DNA of 20,000 bases, taken from assembly GCA_000934665.2 (NCBI GenBank), contig JYFJ02000499.1, positions 106,850 through 126,849 on the forward strand. Direction: 5' to 3'. This document shows positions 9,888 through 19,877 of this stretch, piece after piece. How positions within the stretch are numbered: the first letter of the stretch is position 1; each line of letters opens with the position of its first letter. Position numbers and translations under genes: made by a program. The notes below the pieces were generated by a model. It ran no database searches. It was given only the letters and a program-made list of their open reading frames with translations, and was not told the DNA's origin. This DNA is from Catajapyx aquilonaris. Lineage: Eukaryota.

Positions 9888-12800
9888 GTGAGTAGCTTTG
9901 TCAGGGGATAGCTGTTTACACTTGAACACATTTACTGTCAGGCAAGTAAGCATTTTGTCTCCATTTAGATTGGTGGGATCCGTTTCCTGTATGACAACGT
10001 TGTGGAATCCTTGGACCGGTTTAATGTGTCAAGTGGATTTGGCTGCATCTTGGCTCACTCTATGGGGCTCGGGAAGACCCTGCAGGTGGTAGCCTTGTGC
10101 GAGACCTTCCTGACTTACACCCAGGCCCGCACGGTCCTGTGCATTGTCCCTATCAACACCCTGCAGAACTGGGTTGCCGAGTTCAATCACTGGCTACCAC
10201 GTGATCCTGCGACCAGTCCTTTGTCCCAGTATGGAACAGTGAAGCCCAGGCAGTTCGCCCTCCATGTAATCAACGACTCTCACAAGTCACTAGGTGCAAG
10301 AGCCAAGGTTATCAAGGATTGGTACAAGGAAGGTGGTGTTCTGCTTATTGGGTACGAGTTGTATCGGCAGCTCTGCCTGAAGAGGCCACAGCCAAAGAAG
10401 AAAAAAGGTGGGTACATTTTTTGGCTGGTGCCATTGTTGACTGAATTATAATTGTTTGTTCCAAATAGGACGCCGTTGCAAGGGTGGCCTGGCAAGCGAG
10501 ATCATTGATTTGGAGGAAGAGGACCGCAATAAATCCCTGTTTGAAGAGACACACCATGCTCTTGTTAGGCCTGGTCCAGACCTGGTGATTTGTGATGAGG
10601 GCCACCGCATCAAAAATTCGCATGCCTCAATCTCGCAGGCCCTGAAGAATGTGAGGACGAAGCGGAGAGTGGTCCTGACTGGGTACCCCCTTCAGAACAA
10701 CCTGCTCGAGTACTGGTGCATGGTTGACTTTGTGAGGCCCAACTATTTGGGGACCAAGACTGAGTTCTGCAACATGTTTGAACGGCCAATCCAAAATGGG
10801 CAGTGTGTGGACAGCACACCAAAGGACATTAAGCTCATGCGCTACAGAGCGCATGTGCTGCACTCGCTCCTTGAGGGATTTGTGCAGAGGTAATATTATT
10901 TGTCTACTCACGTATGATGATGAAATGCGGATCTGATCAGAAAGGCATAAGTGGCTATTGGAGATGTTATTTGCGGGTTGTGTGTGGCATTAAGACAGAT
11001 GAGATTGGGAATGAGGATATGTTGCCGAGGTGTACTGTTAGTAGACTTAAATGTGTCTAGTCTAGAGCCTCCGTATGCATCAGTGTTGCTTGTAAATAGT
11101 GGTCCATAAGCAGGGTCCTTGTGCTGTGCTAATAACCCTGGCATTTCAAATAGCCTACATTGTTAGTAATTAAAGGCTAGCATTAATATTTCTCTCTTTA
11201 TTTCAGGCGCAGCCACAGTGTGCTTCAGGAATCCCTCCCGAAGAAGGAGGAATATGTGATCCTGGTTCGCATGACACCATTTCAGCGTAGCTTGTACCGT
11301 TCCTTTATGGCGGAGATTGGGCAGACGCAGAGTGTAGCCAATCCTCTAAAAGCCTTTGCTGTATGCTGCAAGATTTGGAACCATCCTGATGTTCTCTACC
11401 ATTTTTTGAAGAAGAGGGACAAGAAGGATGAATTTGATCTTGACATTGGAGAGGACGTCACAGGGGAAGCTAAGAAGAAGGGTGGAACAGGAGCAGGGCC
11501 AGGGAGGCCGCCCAAAGTGGTACCAGGAATGGTGGCAAGTTCAGGGCAGCCGGGTGTGGGATTACCAATGTTGGCACCTCTGTCACTGTCATCGTCGTCA
11601 TCCTCCTCATCCAACTCGAACTCGACAACTCCAGTGGCCACACCCAGTCCAGCCATCACAGCAGAGCCAGTCAGCCAGGAGATGGCTGTGGTGCCCACCA
11701 TCAGGGAAAAGGATGATGCGCTTAACTACGACTGGGTAAGTAATACGCATTATTTGATCAGTATCCTGGATTCTCATCATGGTAGTAAAAAATGTGTATG
11801 GCTGCTGATGCGAGTTCTTTTTGCATAAGGCTCCACTTCGGAGGAACCTGCATGCACCCATTTCCTTCCCATTCCTTGAGGTGACTCCTGAAGCCCTGTT
11901 GCTGCCATTCTACTTCTGAACACCTTTGCATGTAAGGGAAGTGAAACCCATCCACACCAGATCTTTGATTCAGCTGAGCCTATTCAATTTGGAATTTTTG
12001 TTTGGTTCAGGCAGAGGATTTTCTGTGCATTTCTGTTGCACAACCTGTTCAATTAGGAGAGTGTTTTGGCAGGTAAGCTGTAGGATGCCTATTTTCCTTA
12101 GTCCGCTAATATTTTTGGTGCAAATGGTGCTTGATGGTGCCTACAGAGCACGTGAGAAATAGGATTGCATGATAATGTATTTTTTCACCTAGGTGCACTA
12201 GTGACAAATCCCTCTTCATCCTGCCATATCCCTTGTAATTATTATGACCTTCCCACAGGCTACCTAGCAGTAGGTACACAATATTAAGAATATTCAATGT
12301 CTTTTTCTTATGTCCATAGGCAACGGCCCTGTTCAAAGGCTACACTCCTGGCCTGGTGGAAAACTCAGCCAAGATGGAGATATTTATGCACATCCTGGAC
12401 GAGTCCGTTCTATCTGGGGACAGGCTGCTTGTCTTCAGCCAGTCACTCTTCACTCTCAACCTGCTTGAAGACTTTCTCCAGAGGTCAAACTTGCCAGGAA
12501 GGAAGGAGAAGTGGGCTCAGAACTTCAATTATTTTAGTAAGATTACATTTACAACTATGTATTGCCGCTGCCTTGAGATTAATAAGTGTGTCATACGTAG
12601 TCTACTTTATCAATTAAATATTTATGAACCTGGTGGCACAGTGGGATAGTGGCTACAGCCTTCTGAGGCCCTGAGTTCAATCCCAGAACTACTTTTGCTT
12701 GTGAAAAACTTTTGATTATTAGTATTGACATGTATTTGAAAGGGGATTCTAAAGTGAAGGTCCCACATGGCTAATTGAACAATTTTTTTTCCGCATCCAG

Positions 12801-15218
12801 GACTGGATGGAAGCACGACAGCCCTTGAGCGTGAGAAGTTGATCTGCGAGTTCAACTGCAACCCCAATATCCACCTGTTCCTGATCTCCACCCGTGCTGG
12901 AAGCCTTGGAATTAATCTTGTTGGAGCAAATCGTGTGATTGTGTTTGATGCCAGTTGGAATCCATGCCATGACACACAGGCTGTCTGCCGTGTGTATCGC
13001 TATGGACAGACTAAACCTTGCTATGTGTACCGCCTGGTGAGTGACAACTCCCTGGAGAAGAAGATCTATGATCGGCAGATCAACAAGCAGGGAATGGCCG
13101 ACAGGGTTGTAGATGAGCTTAACCCAGATGCTCACCTGAGCACCAAGGATGTTAGCACCTTGATCTGCTTCAATGAGGAGGACCCAGAGGCAAGTGATTC
13201 TACTTCATTCGGCAGTATTTCTCAAGCTTTTCTATTGTGGCCGATTGTGGGGACAGAAGATCAGGTGTCCTGTTTTGATCACCAATCATAATGTCATAAG
13301 CTAGTACTTGTATGTGGAATATGGATTTTTGATGAGATTGTGATCAGAGTTCTCTTGTGGCCCTGGTTTGACCATTTTGTTGTGATTTTTTTTTTCTTCG
13401 AGCCGCTACTTTGTATAGTATGCATACAGTGCTGTGTGGTGTGCCTTTGGGCATAGGAATTTGAATATTCTAAATTTAAATTTTATTGCAGGCGAGGGAT
13501 CTGTCCGAAAGCAAGGGAAGATATGGTGATCCAATTCTCCAGACTGTGATGGAGAGGCTTGGAAATACAATGACCAGAGAGCCATTTGAACACGAGTCCC
13601 TGCTAATTGATCGCAAAGAAAAGAAGCTGTCTGAAGCAGAGAAGAGGCTAGCCAAGAGGAGTTACGAGCTGGAGAAGCAGGCCAGCATCAACTACTCACG
13701 TAACACGTACTCGGCATACTACCCAAAAGTAGGGGTCACCTCTCAGGCACAGGTAAACATATCACAGGCATGCGAGTGAAATTCACAGAGTCAAATTTTG
13801 GGGTTTTTGAATACGTTGCTTATTGATTTTGTGTTTCACAGGTCCTTCCTGCAAACCTCCTTGCCAACCTCCGTGCTGGAAAAGGCCGTGGGATGATCAA
13901 CCCTGCAGCCATGATGATGAAGCCAGTGGCAAGTGTCCGTCCAATGCAGTCGGAGTATGCCTCCCGGTTTGGTGCAGCTGCTGCCATGCATCACCGTGCA
14001 GCAGGTGGTGTGTCACCTCATCACCAGGCAGCTGCAGCTGCCAAGCAGGGGATCACCACCCACCAGCTAGTAATCCCAAAGGACGTTGTGATTCCAACAA
14101 GCACGAGAGATGGCACCAGTATCACTCTAAAAGCTGGTCAGAAGATATTGGTGATCAAGACACCGAAGGGAGTTTACTTGAGGTTACAAGACGGCAGGTT
14201 GATTGCTGTGAGGATCCCTACTGGTGGAAATGTCGGAATGGATTCTGCAGCGGTTCAGAAGACAAAGGCAGCTCCTGCAGTGGTACCAGCTCTACCTGCA
14301 CAACACCACCACACACCTCTACACCAACCATCTCAACACCATCCAACACAACAACCGCAAACACAGCACCATGCAACACAACATCACCCGACGCAACATC
14401 ATTCACCACAGCATCACCCAACGCAACATCATCCAACACCACCGCAGCCTGTGGTTAAGCCCCCAGAGCCTGCTAAACCAGATCCTCCTGTGATTGCGCT
14501 AGACACTGAAGAGGAGAAAAAGAAAAATACAAACTTTTACTATCCGACCAGCACCTCAGCACCTGTTTCGACTACATCCAGTACATCAACAACAACACCA
14601 CCATCAGTGTCTGAGACCTGGAACCAGTACTGGAATCCAGCTAACACACCCGCTACACCCAATCCTCCACCTTCTAACCCAACCAGCAACCCAGTGAACC
14701 CAGCACCTGAAGAGCCAGCAACTGTCCCAGTGCCAGAAAATCCTACCCCACAGCCAGATCCGTACCCGGACCACTGGCCAGAGCAGCCACCCCCACCGTA
14801 TTTCTACCAGCCGCCTAATCCAGGCTACTCTGGGTTTTATCCACCTCCACCAAACCCATACCACCCACCTCCCCCACCTCCGCCTCCACCAAACTCATAC
14901 CCATACCCGTATTATCCGGGCAACTATGCCACGCCAACTCCGCAAAACCCGTACAACCCGTACCAGTCGACTGGGTTCTACCCGTACACCCCAGGTTATT
15001 CGGCATCCACTTCAAACCGTGGGGCTGCACCAGAGAATCCTTACTTCGGGCAATCAGGGTACCCCCCTCCAGTGCCACCACCCCCAGTACCGCACCCTCC
15101 TCCACCCCCACCCACGCAACCAGCGGGTTATCCAGCGAATTACCCCCACTTTGCCGGGTCTGGATTTTATGGGGGAGGGATAGTGCAGGAAGTACCAGAA
15201 GTGAGCAAATCGACCTGA
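8532..15218 (+). CDS. RAD54L2: Helicase ARIP4 / RAD54-like 2 (SNF2 family, ATRX-like group), spliced CDS join(8532-9887,9969-10407,10469-10889,11207-11735,12320-12536,12801-13189,13492-13752,13842-15218), 4989 nt, about 1662 aa
   Basis: SNF2 motifs in order: [23 protein letters not shown] (I), VPINTLQNW (Ia), DEGH (II), TGYPLQNNL (III), KIWNHPD, LVFSQS (IV), [19 protein letters not shown] (V), [11 protein letters not shown] (VI). The pre-helicase segment [22 protein letters not shown] and post-helicase [32 protein letters not shown] are as I recall for ARIP4 rather than ATRX, and no ADD zinc finger is present. All 7 introns are phase-compatible. The start ATG at 8532 is the least certain part. 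Confidence 0.93.
8832..8921 (+). repeat. Coding 18-bp tandem repeat x5 ([30 protein letters not shown])
   Basis: Five in-frame units sharing a gaagga core, visible in both DNA and translation. Confidence 0.85.
9969..10407 (+). CDS. RAD54L2: RAD54L2 coding exon 2 (helicase motifs I, Ia)
   Basis: Acceptor ctccatttAG ends 9968; begins [10 protein letters not shown]; donor G|GTGGGT at 10408 (phase 1). Confidence 0.93.
10469..10889 (+). CDS. RAD54L2: RAD54L2 coding exon 3 (motif II DEGH, motif III)
   Basis: Acceptor ttccaaatAG ends 10468; donor AG|GTAATA at 10890 (phase 2). Confidence 0.93.
11207..11735 (+). CDS. RAD54L2: RAD54L2 coding exon 4 (inter-lobe region with G/P/S-rich insert)
   Basis: Acceptor ctctttatttcAG ends 11206; restores FVQRRSHSVL; donor TGG|GTAAGT at 11736 (phase 0). 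Confidence 0.9.
12320..12536 (+). CDS. RAD54L2: RAD54L2 coding exon 5 (motif IV)
   Basis: Acceptor tgtccatAG ends 12319; [19 protein letters not shown]...LVFSQS; donor A|GTAAGA at 12537 (phase 1). Confidence 0.92.
12628..12690 (+). mobile_element. tRNA-derived SINE-like head or tRNA relic in a RAD54L2 intron
   Basis: Pol III A-box-like TGGCACAGTGG (12634-12644) and B-box-like GAGTTCAATCC (12673-12683) with T-arm-like pairing CTGAG/CCCAG; no complete cloverleaf. Confidence 0.55.
12801..13189 (+). CDS. RAD54L2: RAD54L2 coding exon 6 (helicase C-terminal domain, motifs V-VI)
   Basis: Acceptor ttttccgcatccAG ends 12800; restores YFRLDGST; ends at GAG|GCAAGT, a GC donor at 13190 (phase 0). Confidence 0.9.
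13492..13752 (+). CDS. RAD54L2: RAD54L2 coding exon 7
   Basis: Acceptor ttttattgcAG ends 13491; contains [17 protein letters not shown]; donor CAG|GTAAAC at 13753 (phase 0). Confidence 0.9.
13842..15218 (+). CDS. RAD54L2: RAD54L2 terminal coding exon (small globular-looking module plus H/Q- and P/Y-rich tail)
   Basis: Acceptor gtgtttcacAG ends 13841; in frame with ORF 13893-15218; TGA at 15216-15218. Confidence 0.85.
   Translation, partial: VLPANLLANLRAGKGRGMINPAAMMMKPVASVRPMQSEYASRFGAAAAMHHRAAGGVSPHHQAAAAAKQGITTHQLVIPKDVVIPTSTRDGTSITLKAGQKILVIKTPKGVYLRLQDGRLIAVRIPTGGNVGMDSAAVQKTKAAPAVVPALPAQHHHTPLHQPSQHHPTQQPQTQHHATQHHPTQHHSPQHHPTQHHPTPPQPVVKPPEPAKPDPPVIALDTEEEKKKNTNFYYPTSTSAPVSTTSSTSTTTPPSVSETWNQYWNPANTPATPNPPPSNPTSNPVNPAPEEPATVPVPENPTPQPDPYPDHWPEQPPPPYFYQPPNPGYSGFYPPPPNPYHPPPPPPPPPNSYPYPYYPGNYATPTPQNPYNPYQSTGFYPYTPGYSASTSNRGAAPENPYFGQSGYPPPVPPPPVPHPPPPPPTQPAGYPANYPHFAGSGFYGGGIVQEVPEVSKST
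14299..14445 (+). repeat. Coding degenerate 15-bp repeat encoding QHHPT-like pentapeptides
   Basis: Units such as caacatcatccaaca and cagcatcacccaacg; peptides [15 protein letters not shown]. Confidence 0.8.
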
Positions 15219-16538
15219 AGAGCGTTTGATATGAAATGCCAAAGACACTTGCATTTTTTTTGTACCCACCCAATTTTTTGATGTCATGAAGTAGGAGACA
15301 AAGCGATATTGATCTCATCCCCGGATTTTTTCTTGCCCAGTAGATCCGTGTTTCACTTGTGGTTTTTAGATCAGAAGTTTTTGAAGGCGAATTAGTGTAT
15401 TTCATGTGCATGGTGTACCCCAAAATTTTAATGACGTATTAGAAAAATCCACTACTCGTTGCTTGGCTAAATTTGTTTCAGATATGGGAATCTAAATGAA
15501 ATGCATCGACTGTCTTTAATTAACTCTGGTTTCAACAAAGTGAGGAGTAATGGGTTTTCATGTGCGGTTATTTTGGGACACCAAGTGTTGGTGAGATTAC
15601 GAACACAGTGAAGGCAGACATGTTCATTGTTACTTGTTATTTGCATGAAATGACGACATTGCCTGCACACGTTTACCTGATGTGCGGACTGGTGCAATGG
15701 TAATTACAATCAGTGGTAGCGATTTGTAGCTTTTTGCAGTTTACACTTTTTATTGCAGTGGAAATATTTAGTGTTATACACCACGTGAATCGCCCTGTGA
15801 ATCCTCAGTTGTAATATTTATAGTTGAAAAGGGTGTCCCGCCCCCCCTTTGATGCACCACTCGGAATCAACTTGAAGATTTTATTTCATCGGTGCTGTGA
15901 AATTTTCTGTACCGTAGTTTTTGACAAACTTTATTTGTTGAATAATCATGCAAATTGAACATATTGGTATACTATTGGTGCACGGAAATATGATTCGCCT
16001 ATTACGTGTACAGTTATGGAATGATGACTCAGTATTTCTATTTACCTCTCCCACGTGCATGTTGTAGATAGACAAGAAGGCGTTAATGTGTTTTTTAAAA
16101 CTATTCCAACCAAAGTGTAAACTCCGAATTTACGAGTATTTATTCCATTTAGTTGTGAAATGTGCGGAAGTACACAATCATGTAGAGCAATGGATATAAC
16201 ATGCGAATAAAGTGGGAGCTTATGCCAATCAGTTCTTTACCTCCAACGTCACATACTGGAACAATCTCTCAGGATTTTTCAGACAGCCTCAAACAGTGGA
16301 AGTAACAGCTACTCTGGAAGTAATATTGTTACTGGGAAAAGTGCTGCTTATTGGGAAAATATTAATCAATATTTGTGCTGATGTGGAAAAAACTCAAAAA
16401 CCAGAAAGTTGTTACGAAGCAAACTGTTATCAGTAGCAGTGTGCACTGGACTAGCTCTACTTATTCCTAGCGCTACGTGATATCCGGCCCTCCCTCATCC
16501 GGCTTTCGTCCATGTTCTTTTCTTTCCTCTCTTGGCAG

Positions 16539-16663
16539 GCTGCAAGCCGCTCTTCAATACGTGCCGCTCTTCCAGGGCTGGGCAACAGGGACCACCAGGG
16601 GGTGACCCACCGTTCTTTCATCTCCTGGTCCTACGTCTGCTGCCCTTTGATTCAACCCTAGAG
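16539..16663 (+). other. Candidate 5' UTR exon of the LRR gene (intron 16664-16816)
   Basis: Pyrimidine tract plus cAG ends 16538; donor GAG|GTAACA at 16664; acceptor tttcccctccctccctAG ends 16816, 2 nt before the ATG. Confidence 0.5.
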
Positions 16664-16818
16664 GTAACAGTGATGTTTCCTCATTGACCGACATATCGAT
16701 GACGTCGTTACAGACTCATTAGAGCTTCACCCTTTGATGACAGGGTATCTTCTGTGTGAGAACTGAAATACTCATTTGCCTTCCAACCCCAATAATGTTT
16801 TCCCCTCCCTCCCTAGCC

Positions 16819-18318
16819 ATGCCAAGAGGGAGACAGCCTCAAAGCCTGAGACGCTTGAGTGTGAGCTGCCTTGCCAGCATAGTCCTACAATGGTGCAAGA
16901 GGAGCGAGTGCCACAATGATGATGGGAGTAGACAGTTTGTCCAAGACATACCCGAGATGTTTGCAAATGAATTTGTATTGAAGATTCTCAAGTTGTACTC
17001 AAAGGTGAGAGACAACTACAGGATTACTGAAGCATTTCATCCTAAATGCACCAAGATAGTCGAAGAGAATGGAATGACAATTCTGACACTCCCACCACAT
17101 TGTTACGTCCAACTGTTTATCAACCTTCATGTTATGACTGAGCTGCAAGTTTTAGATAGTTGTTGTCATGTGTGGGACGGACGCAGTTACGGTGTATTAA
17201 GTTCTGTTCCATTTCCCAACCTGAGCAAACTCCGTAAAGTTGTAATAGCAGGGCTTCTGCACTCACGGCACCTTGAGCAGATGGTTGAAAATTGCCCACT
17301 CCTGGAGGATATTATATTTTTGTCCTCATGTCATTATTTGATCATCAAATTCTGTTAGGCTGCAGGAACCTTAAAAGCTTTCATATGGTTAACATAAATC
17401 CACGTGTTGCGATATTCCTGCTTGAGAACCTGCCCAGCCTGGAAGATACGGATATTGGTGACGTGACCCAATTGTTGCCACTCTGCACACGGGAATATCG
17501 CTTGAAAAGATTGGGTTCAGGCATGAGGAAAATCAAAGCCACTACCTTACCAAAGCTCTTGACCCATTTTCCTCACCTTGAAGAGCTTGAGTTGAACATG
17601 GATAGTGACACAGATCCAAGCCCCATTAACAATCTCCTAGGCCTTAAACACTTAACAATAAGAGAAGGAGCAGTGACCCGTCTTGTCTGTCTGTCTGAGA
17701 GACGCATGCATGGGTCGTCTTTCCAAGTTGGAGTTGCGCAATGTCACCAACCCTACTTTCTTGTTCTCACCAGATATGAAGCTTCAATGCACACATCTGA
17801 AATGCCTGACCCTTACAGGATGCACTGGAATAAACTTGGCTGTCATTGGTGACGTAATTCCAGACATACAATCTCTTTGCTTATCTGGCACCTTTATTCC
17901 TCTTCCTCCTGACCAAATGAAGACAAGTTCTGCTTTTCAAGCACTTGAACAATTGAAGATGTCTGGGGAGGTGCCAATGGTTCATGCTAAATATCTGCTG
18001 TCAGCATCCAGCAAGAACTTAAAGAGTCTCTCTGTGTATAACACTCCAAACAATTTTGTTGCAAATGAACTGCTTTCTGGAGCTAGGCTGAAGGAGTTGC
18101 GTGGAATCTCCATAACAGACGTCAGCATGACAAAAGATATTATTCCAAGGATTTTGGCTGTATGTGGAGATTACTTGGCAGCAGCATTTGTGAGTGGGAA
18201 AGATTTGGAAATGTCACAGGATGAAGTCAATGCGTTGAAAAATCAGTTGCAACCATATGACATGATTTTTCATGTACAAAATCCGTTAACTAAATTTAGA
18301 TACCGATATGAAGGGTAA
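16819..18318 (+). pseudogene. Frameshifted leucine-rich-repeat protein gene with N-terminal BC-box/Cul2-box-like motif (about 498 aa if repaired); pseudogene or assembly error
   Basis: ATG at 16819 follows an acceptor; MPRGRQPQSLRRLSVSCL fits the BC-box pattern. RNI/F-box-type LRR units (CPLLEDI, CRNLKSF, LPSLEDT, FPHLEELEL, CTHLKCLTL, FQALEQLKM) run across three overlapping ORFs. Frame changes near 17315-17345 and at the (TGTC)3 run 17684-17695, with no convincing intron at either. Confidence 0.75.
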
Positions 18319-18431
18319 CCTTGATTTAATTATTCTACACAGCACTGAGGTATATCAGAGCTGTAAAAAAAGAAGCTAATCTACCATGTGGTATTATTAG
18401 TTGTCTGTAATATTGCTTCATTTCATTTACA

Positions 18432-18519
18432 TTTATTCCTCCTGACCAAATGAAGACAAGTTCTGCCAATAGTTCTGCTTTTCAAGGACTTGAACTATTG
18501 GATATGTCTGGAGATGTAC
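18432..18519 (+). repeat. Diverged partial duplicate of LRR gene segment 17893-17974
   Basis: cctcctgaccaaatgaagacaagttctgc is identical in both copies and similarity continues through ttttcaag-acttgaac-attg---atgtctgg; the copy has a 6-nt deletion and a 12-nt insertion. Confidence 0.92.
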
Positions 18520-19611
18520 TGTACTGTGTAGCGATAGTATTTCTATTAATCCATAAGATGTATTTTTCATGGGTTTTGTACTAGTAGTTTCTAATTTTGA
18601 AGTAAGTGTGAAAAGGAGCCACATGGATTTTATGAATGCTGGAAAGTAACTGTAAGTCCGTGTTCTCCAAGTTGTTTGACGACAACCCTAAAACCATTGT
18701 GTCCACTGGGGATGTGAATATTGTGCATGTGTAATGTATAATGGGCCACTTTTGTTAATTGATATGAATTGAACGAATCTCTAATAATGGGATCCCATTT
18801 TCTTCAGTGGTTCATCAACATGGCTTAAATATGGAGTGTTCCCCGAGTGTGCAAACCACAGTTATGTCGGGATATCCAACATTTGGTGCAGTACTCGGCA
18901 TGTCTTCTTTTTTTTTATATTGTAATTTCATTGACGTATAAGTTGTTGTTGTTGATGATAGAAAGATCAAGTCTTCAAGTAGGACTGACTGATTGCTCTG
19001 GCCCGTGTCCTTGTGAAAGCTCCTCATCTGTTCATTGCATTACTTTTAAGTGAGGGTGAGATATTTGTGTTCTTTAATGATAATGCTCAAGTTAACATTC
19101 ACACCTTAGTTGACTCAATTATTATAGTTTCTTTTGAGTTTTGACAGGTCCTCTCCATTCTGGGCATTAGTTGTGCAAAACCCAGTTTTATCATGTAAGT
19201 GCTTATTACTTGACAGGTAATACACAGAATAAACAGAAGGCAGGTGTGTGGGATTCTTGCTTCCCATTGCCTTAGAAGCACACTTCTCCATACGTGTTGA
19301 TCCAGACGATGAGAAACTTTCTATTGCCATAAAGATTATGCAATAATTTTTCATTATTATGTATGACTGCAATCAAATGCGAACAATTTTATCATTGCAT
19401 ATTCGCTGAAAGTAATATTAATTCAGGCATTTTTAATGTTGCTAGTTTCTAATGTGTTACTGAAGATATTGGACATTTCAAAGCCTCCATTTTATGGTAT
19501 TCTGGATGAAGAAGCTAGAAATAATTACACTTAATTTGACCAAAAGGTGAAACGACATTGCAGTTAATTGCCCTAGTATCCGCTATGACTCATACAGTGA
19601 TTTTCCCAAGA

Positions 19612-19635
19612 TATGAGGGTGAATCAGAAAGTAAT
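19612..19635 (+). mobile_element. Possible solitary mariner-like terminal inverted repeat
   Basis: TA-TGAGGGTGAATCAGAAAGTAAT resembles TA-CGAGGG...TCAAAAAGT mariner ends as I recall them; no partner end seen in the window. Confidence 0.3.
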
Positions 19636-19877
19636 TTAAAACTTTTTTAATTCAGGAGAGAGAAACTGAAATTGAGATATACAGTACATTAGATCAAAAA
19701 CTTTCCCTTCAGTAAAAAAAAAACAGAAGTAAGACCTCCGCGGCGGAATAAAAGTACTGAAACAAGGCAGGCGCACGTAAGACCTTCACCAATTGATTTA
19801 AGCTGTACCATAGGTCTTACTCAAGCAATTTCCAATTCACTGCTCATGAAGTCTCCTTTCTGAAACAAATCTGTGGA

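Noticed and set aside
13823..14493. Alternative-frame plus-strand ORFs overlapping the terminal exon
   Set aside because: By-products of C/A-rich repetitive coding sequence; not in phase with the upstream exon
8532..15218. Calling the helicase ATRX/XNP or RAD54
   Set aside because: Flanking segments ([35 protein letters not shown]) fit ARIP4 better as I recall the family; no ADD domain is present
18815..19372. Short ORFs downstream of the LRR locus
   Set aside because: No recognisable similarity to the LRR gene or to transposases
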